Below, one piece after another: positions 42,201 through 54,700 of a DNA stretch of 64,000 nucleotides. This DNA comes from Octopus bimaculoides (lineage: Eukaryota). The DNA lies in assembly GCF_001194135.2 (NCBI RefSeq), contig NC_068984.1, positions 24,609,079-24,673,078 of the forward strand, in the 5' to 3' direction. Positions within the stretch are counted from its first letter, which is position 1; each line of letters begins with the position of its first letter. The translations under genes were made by a program, and so were the position numbers. The notes beneath the pieces were generated by a model. It ran no database searches and was not told the origin of the DNA. It was given only the letters and a program-made list of their open reading frames with translations.

Positions 42201-45200
42201 GATAAATTCTTGTGCTGAACTAATGATATTTCTTCAAACTAAAAATTTTATTGAAATAACTTTGGATTATATCATTGAGTACTATCATTATTTCTTTTTT
42301 AGCTTGCTATATGTGCTGTGGACTGCACAGAACATACTTCTTTGTGTACAGCTCATGATGTGAAAGGTTATCCTACCCTGAAGTACTTCAATTATGGCAA
42401 GAACCCACAAGACTACATGGGTGGCAGAACAGTAAGTGTTTTTCTTTTCTTTTGTCGTCTACATACACTGTGGCATTAACAGTGATAGATACAATTTATG
42501 ATTTAATGATTGTACTTGTTTGAGAATATATGAAAATAACTTTCATGCAGAAAATAAATTGTATATAAAGTATGCTTTCTTGTCATTGCCATTATTATTG
42601 TTGTTATTTGCCATCATTGTTATAAACTTTGTTGGCATTGTGATGATGGTAATGATGATTTTTCCATATTGGCATAGATTCGAGAAATATGCTATACAGT
42701 AAATATTATAGCCATATCTGTACCTATATAGTCAAGCTTTTCTTTTATCAGTTTTTAAATGAATGCTTTCTTTTCCTTTCCTAGTTTTTGATAACAAATC
42801 TCTGAAACATTTATTCTCAGGAAAATCTGTTTATTGGATCTAAATTTCCAGTGTGTTTAATAGCCATGAGCTGTTATTATACACCACTGAAAATAGGTTT
42901 TATTGTTTGATACTTCTACTTCTTTATCTTGGGTCGAGCATTATCCTTCACTACCTCCTTCTGACATTGAAATATTGATAAGATGTATGTATGATCCATT
43001 TTGTGCTTCTAATGTTGTGACAACTGCATCTACATTTCTAGACATGATAACTCAAATCTAACTCCACCCGACAATATTTGCTGCTTCCATTTCAGAATAT
43101 GGTAGCTGGTTTTAGGAAAGTTGCTTCAGTTCTCAATATTCTTTAATAGTTTATAGTGAAAATATTTTCCAAGATAAAGTATTCATATGAATTATCCTGG
43201 TTCCTGTCTTTTTCAGACAACAGATTTTGTAAATTTCTTGAAATCTCCAAATGCTCCTCCTACACCAGAGCCAGTTCCTAAGATGTCACCACAAGAAGAA
43301 TTTTGGCTAAAAGAAGTTGGGCCTTCTTTCAAAGATGTCATTTTGTTATCTTCTACTTCATTTGATCACTTTATCAGTGAGAATCCTTCAGCCCTAGTAT
43401 TTTTCTATTCACGTAAGTTCTGTTATTGTCAATAACAACATTTTTCTTATAAATTTAGAAATGTTTGTTTGTTCTTTTAACTCTGGAAATAGTTATCAAG
43501 GCACTATTTTCAATCTTTCATGACTGTCGATATTCATGTTCTCTCCAATGCAGTATGAAAGTATTAAACTCTGCATTACAAGCTAACAAAACATTCCTTA
43601 GCGTTCCTGCTGCTTCTAGTTGTGAGCTGGTACCTCACTCATGGTGCATATTTACAAGTGAATCAGTATGATTTAAGTCTTTTTATTAAGGACACCACTT
43701 AAGGAATATAAATAAGGGAATATAAATCCTTGATTTTCTAGCCAGTAGGTCTGCAGTCTAAAGATTCGGCCTTCTATGACTCTCTCATCATAATTTAGTA
43801 ATGTTAAAAGCATATATTTTTAACTTCCCAACTATTACAACTTACCCTTATAATGTGGGAATGACATGTGCCTCATCTATAGTAAAGCATCTATTCTTGA
43901 CCCTCTGTCATACTTTAGCCTCTCAGCACCTGGCATAAAGCCAATTCCCCTTTCCTAATACCCACCACTTAATAATGCAAGGGCTCTTCCTCTTTACTGT
44001 TCTTTTCGGTCTTGTAACTTGGTGACCTCACTAGTGCTGGTGGCATGAAAAAAAAGCACACAATACACATTGTAAGGTGGTTGGTGTTAGGAAGGACATC
44101 TGGTTGTAGAAAACATGTTATAGCTGACACTGGAGCTCAGCACAGCCTTGCAGCTTGCTGGATCCTGTTAAACTGTTCAACCCAATCCAGCATAGAGAAT
44201 GGACATTAAATGATGATGATAATTTATATAACTTCTATGATATTTAGATAACTTTTATTGTATGCTTGGCATTGCTTTAACAATGGAAATATCATTATAT
44301 TTTATGACAGCTTTCATTTTATTCATGGTTATTACATTAGGTTCTAGTTGAAACACAAGCTTCTTGTTATTATGAACTTCTTGTTATTATTGGTGTGAAC
44401 TGTTCTTTTTACTATTTTCATTGTCTAGTCTATTCTGTCTTTCATCATAGGCAAACGACCTGACACAGAACTTATGAAAGAGTTTTCCATGACAGCAACT
44501 TTCCTTAAGGCTGGAGAGGTAAGCATCTAAAATATTTAATTTAGCTACCATTAATAGTATAGTCGTTATAAGTGATTTCAATTATTGTTGCTAGGCTGAT
44601 ACATTTTGACCCGTTTTGCACTATTGCAGAGATGAAATACTGAATTGACAAGTTAAGCTAGAATGATTAGTTAGATAAGTAATGCTATCAACCATACGTA
44701 CTAACACTACTTCTGTTTGATTAAAAACAGTTGATGTAGTCTCATTAAATAGCTTGTGCTAAGTGAAGGCATGTGGCTTAGTGGGTAGGGTATTCAGCTC
44801 ACAATTGTAAGTTCATGGGTTCGATTCCTGGTGGCACATTGTGTGCTTGAGCAAGACATTTTCACATTGTTCCTGTCCACTTAGCCTGCAAAAATGAGTA
44901 GTATATATATTTCAAAGGGCACATTCTGTATGACACTTGAATCTCCCTAAGAACTACGTTAAGGGTATGCATGTCTGAGGAGCAAGCTGTTCAGTTGATT
45001 AGATCAACTGGAACACTCATCATCATAATCAGTGGAGTGTCAGTTTGCCTTGAATTACAGTATTTTGTTGTCTTATTTTTTTGATCTTCACTTAATCTTT
45101 CACCTATGAAGAACATACAAAGTATATTGGTAATATGTTTAAGTGAACTGAATAAATCTGTTTATTTCTATGTTTAGAGACAAAAAAGTGGCATATTGTC

Positions 45201-48200
45201 TGTTCTTATATTCTAAGTGCAAGTTCTATCGAGCTCGACTTTACCTTTCATCTTTTCGGGATTGATAAAATAAGTACCAGTTATGCACTGGGACTGATGT
45301 AATTAACTACTGGCTGTGTGCTAAAGTTTGAACTCAATATATTTCTTACTCAAAAACTCAACTATTTTGTGACAAATTATAATATTGTTGTCAAAAACAC
45401 CTAAGAATATTAATTATTCCTCAAACCAATTATAAATTCATTTTCTCATCCTTCTTACAGAGCACTGACGTTTTTGCTGCAGTGGACAGATCTGCAGACA
45501 AAGGTTTGGCAGACAAATTTGTTGGGTCAAGATCTCATGTCTGTAAGTTCTTATGTGTATTGTTATATTTTTCATATTGGCATGTTTTGGATGAATTTGC
45601 AAGTCCTGATGTTTGTGTAACAGGAGTAAATAATGTGTACACTTAGTAAAAGCTATTCAAATCATGTAGTTAAGCCATGCTTAATGAAGAATTTAGTGTC
45701 TATGTAGGTCTTCATGAGGACCTTATTGTCAGCTCCACAGTCTATTCTTTCTAGTTTTTAAAGCAACACAGCTGGAGTTCATGATTAGATACTCTTGGAA
45801 ACATATGCTAAGAATCTGATTCTCATTGCAAAATCAGTTGAAGAGTAGCATGAAGAGTTTCAAGTGAGGAAGAATGGTCTAGAGTTCAAAGACCTAAGAT
45901 TCAACATGGCAGATCAAAATTCTAATTAGTAGTGGAGAGTACAAAATAAGGAAAGTGGCCTTGTTTGATATGTGTATGTGTGCATGTGGTAGTGGTGGCA
46001 AACTGAGAATGAATGCTTCCCTGCATTTGGTGAAGAAATACATTCTTTATTTGTGGATTAATAATGCTGTGAATATGGAGATAGATTACCAACACTCTTT
46101 GGTGGAGCACATGTAAATTGTGATTTTTCTACATGAAACCAATGGTGTCATTGTTAATCTACAAATAAGGAATATATATATAGATAGATGGATAGATACA
46201 CACACACACGCAAACTTGACCTGTATGCTTAATACAAAAGAACTCTGACTTATTTACAGGGAACCAGGATTGATTAGCAATAGGGGCAATGAAATCAAAC
46301 AATCAAATTACTGTTCATATTGATTTCTAGAAATAATAGCTAGTTTCTGTTACTTAGGTTATGTTATCAATAGTGGAGGGGAATATAATGAAAGGATAGT
46401 AAGAGGGAGATATAGTTAAAAAAAAAAAAATTGTTGATAGCAGAGTTTTCCTTGTGCAAAAGATAGACTGTGTGAATCATATGCAAGAAACGTGGATGTT
46501 CCATAGTAGTGAGACTTTGGCACTGACTGAAGGACTTGCAGAGGTTAAAGAAAGGAGAATCAATAAGATATGATCTACTGGGTGTACTCTGTTAACTTAC
46601 ATGAAGGAGAAGAGCACAAGTGATCTGAGAGCATAGTCGCATATTGAAACCATTGACTGGTGTATGCAGAAGAGACACCTGCATTGGTAGAGACATCTAA
46701 TGTGAATGGGTGATGAATGTTGGATAAAAAAAAGTGCCATGTACTGATGGTGGAATGTACGTGCAACAAAGGAAGACATGAGAAGAACTGATGAGGACAG
46801 ATCTCAGGCTTCTCAAACAAGGTAACAAAAGATTGTGATGTGTGGTGATAAGGTGTTATTATGCTAGTATTAAAAAAAGGGAGATTGAATTACTGGGGTC
46901 TGTGTTGTTTTATAGCTGGGTACCCATCTGACTACCTGTTATATTTTATAAAGTACTATTGGTATGATTTTTGCTCTAAATTAAGTCGTTAAATGAGAGA
47001 TCCATGTCCAAGAATCTAATAGGGTTGTTGTTGAATAAGTGATAATTTCTAGAACTTTATATCTAAGAATATATCTGTTGAACGTGTGTTAGTATCAAAA
47101 TGTTGTTGACTTGCAAATTCAACATGTTACATCTAATAACAGACATGTTATGTGTAATTGTTGACCATGAGAAAATGTCAATTTAATGACTGATATTCTG
47201 TCACTGCATCCCCTTTCTATCTTTAATTCCAATAATGGTTTAATTCTTAACCATTCTGCTTTCATCTGACTTTTGTTTTATCTTACTCACTACTCACTAA
47301 TATTTGTATAATTTAAGACACTTTATTGAATCTAATTCAATGTTTCACTATTCTGAGTTGAAATTCTGTTCAGAATCAGTCTACTTTTCATCCCCTGTCA
47401 ATAAACTAAGTACCAGTTATATATTGAGATATATACAATTAAATACCCACTCCTTGTAAAACTTAATTAGATCTATTCTTAAAGAGGTGTCATGATTCAA
47501 TGTTTTATTCTATGCTAATGAAAGTGTATATAATAATAGAATGTTGAATTGTTTATCTTAAGAAAATTTCATCTATTTGTTTTTTTTTTCATTTTTAAAT
47601 CTTTTGTTTTAACTTACTCTTGTTTTTCTTTTTCTACTTTTTCCTTTCGATTTATAGTGAAATATTTCAAGTGAGTATTCTATTATTTTTCTATTTACTG
47701 ACTTTAACAGTATGTACTTCCGTCCTGCTCTTAAACCACTGCACAACTATTTATTTAGAAATTGTATTTAAATACCTATCTTTTTGCCACATTGTTGATA
47801 ATCTATAATATTTTTCTGATTCCATTTATGTAACACTATTATAATTATGGAGCAAAATGCCAGACATAATCTATTATACTCTCAACATTAATGATATTTG
47901 AAAACAATTGACAGATAAACTATGGAACTAAATCAAAGTTATAATGTATTACAGATACATTTATTTTATATAATTTTTATGACATTTGATTGGAGAATAA
48001 ATATTTCAATTTAAGAGTCATGTAAACATATATTTATTGATATTTTGTTTTTAGATTCCACAGCTGAGTGTGGCAGCTACTGTAGTTTGTTCGCTAGGTC
48101 TGGGGTTCAAATCTTACCAAATACATTTTTCTCTGATATGAAAGTACAGCATATTACCAACATAGGCATACTATAACAGAATATTATTATGTATCGATTA

Positions 48201-49226
48201 TCCTTCCTACTATAGGTACAAGGCCTGAAATTTTGTGGGAAGGAGATCAATGTAATTGACTGACCCATCCCCTTCAAAATTTGCTGGCCTTGTGTCAAAA
48301 ATTAGAAAGAATTATATATGGATTATGTCTTTGATTTCATTTTATATTTGAGATTGTTTAAAGCATTTATTACATACATTATTCATTCAATGTTTTATGC
48401 AATAATTTTAATAACATAATCATTAAGTGATGGAAGCTAACTAGTATTTTTCCATGGACAATTGTGCATAGTTCTTTCTAGAGTATGCCCACTTTTTGAT
48501 ATGGAAATAAAAATAACAACCCTCAAAGAAGAAGAGGTGACAAATGTATAACAAAGAGTATTGTTTTCAAAGGTACTCTCTCCTAAGACTGCATCTTCAG
48601 TTCTACCTATATGGATTTTTACAACATGTCAAGAATCAAAATCTTTCAGTAAAAAAAAAATACAAATTCAAAAGAAATTATGTATTTCATTTGTCTTGGG
48701 AAGGTCATTACACCAATAATATTAACACACACACCAGTTATAGATTATATCTGTTGTTTTATTTTGACACATAAACATGCTAATTTGTTTGATTTTTTTT
48801 CTTTTAGAAATGGAGAAGCAATGTCAGAATGTATGGGTAAAACTGTTAAAGAACTGTCAGAATTTATGATGAAGTAAGTAGAATTTTGTGTATTGTGATT
48901 GGCCCATATCAACAGGTCTGATCATTTAAACATACAAATTTTCTGTAGCATGATTGGAATGGTTCTGCAAAATTTCGATATTTGCATATATGTATTGTTA
49001 CAACTGTAGGTTTAATAAATAGCCGAGTGTCCACTCCATTTTTACCACCTGGCACTCATTCAAGAAATGAGAGTAGCCTTGTACGGTCAGCTTGAGGAGG
49101 CTGAAGCAAGAGAAGAATTTTGTGTCTTATCTGGCAAAAGAGCTCAAAAGCTGCGGAAAGTTTTGAACTTATGGTTTTTATGTTTCAAAAATAGTCTCCT
49201 CCTCCTCCTCCTCCTCCTCCTCCTCC

Positions 49227-49282
<56 letters not shown>

Positions 49283-49955
49283 NNNNNNNNNNNNNNNNNN
49301 NNNNNNNNNNNNNNNNNNNNNNNNNNNNNNNNNNNNNNNNNNNNNNNNNNNNNNNNNNNNNNNNNNNNNNNNNNNNNNNNNNNNNNNNNNNNNNNNNNNN
49401 NNNNNACCACCACCACCACCACCACCACCACCACCACCACCACACAAGAAGAGTTGTTTTCTATGATTTCAGCATTTGTCTTCCATGTTGGCATGAAATA
49501 GACAGTTTGACAGTACCATCTCAACTAGCAGGATTGTTACACTATCTTTAGATTTACTCAGAGGGTTCCCTTTATTGTATCTCTTACTGTAGAACTTTTG
49601 TGTTTTAAGATTTCTTGAATTACCGATACAATCCCTCCAATGGGCTTCTATACACTTTACATCTATCCAATTTCACTTACAAGGTATGTGTTAGTTCAAG
49701 GACATGGGAAATTACATTTTGTCCAAGATACCATACAATGAAATTGAACCCAGGACCTCATGGTTGTGAAGCAAACTTCTTAACCATTCAGCCATATTGT
49801 GCCTACAAGCACATTTTGTGGACCAAAGAGAAAATGTATCCATGAGGAGAGAAGTAGAGATAAGAAAGGGTCAGTTACACTCTGAAAAGCTACCAAATAA
49901 AACTGAAGAAAAGACACCAGAACAAAGCAACTCACAAAAACAATGAAAGAAACAG

Positions 49956-50044
<89 letters not shown>

Positions 50045-50054
50045 NNNNNNNNNN

Positions 50055-50116
<62 letters not shown>

Positions 50117-51698
50117 GTGAGACTTTGTAAACTGCCAACATTGTCTGTTGTCAGATTTGAATCATTAAGTTGTTATTTTTAGCCTTGAATCAGACCAGTT
50201 GAACAAACCAATAATCAAATATCTTATTGATCCCATTTGTCCCATCTTATTTTCAGGCATAACATTTTTTAAGACTATATTATCCAATGTGTTCTTTTTA
50301 AAACCAATAAGATATGGTTTATGGGGGTGTACTTTTGCCTTAAACTTGTGTTATTTTATATACATTTGTTATCATCGATTTAGTAGATGTGTATGTTTGC
50401 ACAATCTACACTCATGCATTTACTGATCACCAAACCTCAGAAACAGCTATAAAGGATTGCTTTGGATTTTCCTCTTTTGCATCTGATGTTAGTCTCTGGG
50501 TATTTGATATCAACCTACCTATGAAGAACCACTAAGAACTTTCTTTTTCTATTTAATCATATTTATATACACATCTTTATACCTAATTTAGAAATGATTT
50601 TGATACCATTTGCAGCTGTCTGTGCATTTTTATTTTATTTTACTTTCATTAGCTGCTATTTTGTTGCAGATTGAATGACCATACAAAAGCTTTGACTCAG
50701 ATTATTCATGGACTATTCAGTTACTGCATTGGTGTGACCCAATCCTACTCTGGGCTAGAATTTTTTCTGTTTATTATTTTCAAGGCTTTCATTTTTTTTT
50801 TTCTTGTGTGAAAATATTAGAACAGCTATTGCTGGAGAAAAAGAAACCAGTTTTCTACACAATGGCTTTGTGCCACAAACTTATAGGAAAGTTATTTTGA
50901 AATGACAAAGAAAGGCTATCATCAGGAGTCCATATTTGTTTATTCACTTATAAGGATTTCAAGATTTTAGTCTGTTGCTTATTTAAGTAATTATATTGAA
51001 TGGGTAAGTTTTTCTTCTGAAGCAAAGGGTATTAACTCAGCACGTAAGGTTACACCAGTGTGTGTGTGTGTGTGTGTGTACACACTCACAAAAGCTACTA
51101 GAGACTGGTCAACAAACCCTTGAGAGGGTTGGCGCTGGAAGGCCATATGTGTGGTAGTAGATTTCAGCTCCTTATCTCTGGAAAGACTCAAAAGTGGTTG
51201 TCAGAGAATTTCTATGATTTCACCAGCCCTAATTTCTGGTCTCATAATACTTTTGATTGTAATTCCATGGATTGAGAAAGACACCAACCACACTTTCTTC
51301 AATACCAGAGCTGAGCTTGTGATCAAGAGCAAAGGGGTGTTTGAAGATTTCCATACTTCTATGGATCAGATGGAATTTATTGAGACAGATTTTCTGTGGC
51401 CAGTTGCCTTTCCTGTCACCAACTACTCACCTGTTTCCAAGTAAGGTAATATTTTCCCTTGGTAGACACGTTGTTGTAGAATATTGGAAATGAATGACAC
51501 TGCTTGTATATCAATGACAGTTATTTTGTGATGTCAGGACAAGCAAACACAAACATGCTTACACCATCCTTCAGTTTCTGTCTACCAAATCCACTCACAA
51601 GGCTTGGGTTGGGTTGGTGCTATAGTAGAAGACATTTGTCCAAGGTGCTGCACAGGGGGACTGAACCCGAAGCTATGTAGAATCAAACCATGGCTTGC

Positions 51699-51735
<37 letters not shown>

Positions 51736-54700
51736 NNNNNNNNNNNNNNNNNNNNNNNNNNNNNNNNNNNNNNNNNNNNNNNNNNNNNNNNNNNNNNNNN
51801 NNNNNNNNNNNNNNNNNNNNNNNNNNNNNNNNNNNNNNNNNNNNNNNNNNNNNNNNNNNNNNNNNNNNNNNNNNNNNNNNNNNNNNNNNNNNNNNNNNNN
51901 NNNNNNNNNNNNNNNNNNNNNNNNNNNNNNNNNNNNNNNNTTCCACCTAGCCTAGGAGGAGTTTGTCTCCCCCTCGCAAACATAAGGACACAGGAAATGT
52001 GTCAAGGCCGACAGGAGGTGGTCCAGCTTCCTAGGGCTAAATAACAGTAGTATATTCCCTTATTGGGACTGTCACGTTAAGTTGGCAGTATACAACTACT
52101 TTATCGCATCACTACTGCTTAAGTTTCTCTGAGAGATTTAGAAATGTATTATTTTTAATATATATATATATATATAAAATCATCATAACCGAGGGCACTG
52201 AAGGAGTCACTTTCAGTGCCCTCAGTGCCACAGGATCTGCCTTTATCATATCAGTCTTGTCAGCCACAGCCACATCTGCTCCCATGCAAAACAATGTACT
52301 GGATGTAGAGGAGGATAAATGTCTTGGATTGACACTGTTATCACTTTTGATCGGCTGTCATAAGCAAGTAAACATCATCATAGATTTAATGTTCATTGTC
52401 CCATGTTTGTATGAGCTGGACAAAGTCTATTGAGGCAGATCCTCTGTGACTGGATCTCTTGTTGCTAAGCCATTCCTGTTTCCATGGAAGGTAATATCCC
52501 CCCCTCCTCCATGGCCTGATATGTTGAAGTGGATGTTAAAACGATTATTATGATGATGATAATGATGGAAGTTAACCCCAGCACTAGACTAATACTTATT
52601 TTAAGTTCTGATAAGATGTATTACAATTACCTACAGCTGTTCCATGTTATTGTTCATGCTTATATATTTCATGTTTATACGGAAGCAACAAGTTTACTGA
52701 ATATACTTAAAAGGTGATTAAGGTAGCAAGCTGGCTGAATTGTTAGCATGCTTGGCAAAATGCTTTGCTGCATTTCATCTATCTTTATGTTCTGAGTTCA
52801 AATTCCGCTGAAGTTGACTTTGCCTTTCATGGTCAATAAATTAAATACCAGTGAAATACTGGGGTCAAGGTAATTGATTAGTGCCCTCCCCATAAGATTT
52901 CAAACCTTGTGCCTTTAGTAGAAAGGATTATTAAAAGGTAGTGGTAGTGAAAATGGTTTGTGGTATTGTGTTCCTTTAAATGCTGTTTTCAAATCTTACT
53001 AGGGGTCAGTAAAATACTACTAATATTCTGGGGTTAATTTTCATCAATTGTTCCTGTCCCTCAAAGTGACCTTGTGTATTTGTTGGCCAGGTAAAATCGT
53101 GTGCCAGAGAAAATGCTTTACAGTATTATTTTCTGGCTCTTTATGTTCTGAGTTCAAATCCTGCTGAGGTCAACTTTGCCTTTCTTTCCTCCAGAGTCAA
53201 TAAAATAAAGTACGGTCAAATGCTTGGTTCACTGGTATCAACTACTTGTCTGCCCTCAAAATTGCTGGTCTTGTATCTGACAGAATCATTTGCATGTCAG
53301 ATGAAATGCTTTGCAGCATTTCATTTATCTTTATTTACTGAGTTCAACTCCTGCCAAGGTCAACTTTGCCTTTCATTCTTTCGGGGTCAATAAAATAAGT
53401 ATCAGTTGAGCACTGGGGTTGATGTAATTGACTAGCCTCCTTCCCCCAAATTTCAGGCTTTGTGCTTGTAGTCGAAAGAATTATTATTACTGTCATTATT
53501 ATTAACAACATCAACAGTTGTGGATGGCAGAATTGGTAGAGTGGCAAAATGTCTTGCAGTATTTAGTTACTTCCCTTGGACATTCTAATTTCTAATTTTG
53601 CCGAGTTAACTTTGCCTTTCAAAGCTCAGTTGTTAATGTGTAAGGAGGATATTCATAAATTCTTATACCTAGTTCTTACCTATGTAACATGCAATGTTGA
53701 ATACATTATTGCATTGTAAATAATATTTGCTATAACTTAGAGTAAGAGAGGAAAGCAATAGGCAGAGTTTGTTCAAAACAATTATACCATCTCTAGAATT
53801 ATTACATAGTGTTGTTAGATATTACTTGAATATAAATCATATCTTCAATAACTTTGGATAAGATGAAAAACTGTAGGAGTGGACCAAAGCTATTTGAAAA
53901 TTAATTTAATTAGTGATCCTTCCCTAATCTTTGTAAATTTTGTACAGAATTTATTGAATGTTCTTTTTTAGTTTGAAGAGTAATGAATGTTTGCTATATA
54001 AATGTGTTTACTTTGGCTTTGATAAATGTTTGTTAAAGTAATTGTCTCATTCATACTTGAGAAATGTCATTGTTGGCTTCATTAACTTCATGTGTGTTAG
54101 TTTTCATTTAAAAGCCATGCATTTAAAGGTTGAATCTGTTATGCTTTGTGAGATGAACTTTTCCCTGAATGTCAGTTGGCTTCATTCTACATGAATGGTC
54201 AGAAAGTTCTGTAAAGTGAAATTGTCTCCTCTAACTTTAGGTGTTCATTTTATTTCTTGATAGTTTTCTACATGATATTTCTTAGTAGTTCTGTTTGCTG
54301 TGCTTATTATGCTCTTACTAATTTAATTGTATTAAACATCTTTTCATGAACTCAACTGATACTAATGGGGTTTTCTTCTGTTTTTGTTGGACATTCAGAT
54401 ATTGTTTTCAAAGGTAACATCTACAGATAATTCAGCTGTTATGATATATGTTCCTTTCTTATTTATTTATCACAGGATTTTCGAGCGAGATCGTTGCCAG
54501 TGCCCCTGGACTGGCTTGTGCGGGTGGCACATAAAAGACACCGTTTCGAGCGTGGCCGTTGCCAGTATCGCCTGACTGGCCTTCGTGCAGGTGACACGTG
54601 AAAGTACCTACTACACTCTCTGAGTGGTTGGCGTTAGGAAGGGCATCCAGCTGTAGAAACTCTGCCAAATTTAGATTGGAGCCTGGTGTTGCCATCCGGT

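Noticed and set aside
43413-43435. Read-through giving a ...SRKFCYCQ* C-terminus
   Set aside because: It is intron sequence after a strong gtaagt donor, and the downstream exons complete the domain in frame.
49959-50113. Complementary (TC)n and (GA)n arms that could form a hairpin
   Set aside because: Joined across a 10-N gap, so possibly a misjoin of low-complexity reads.
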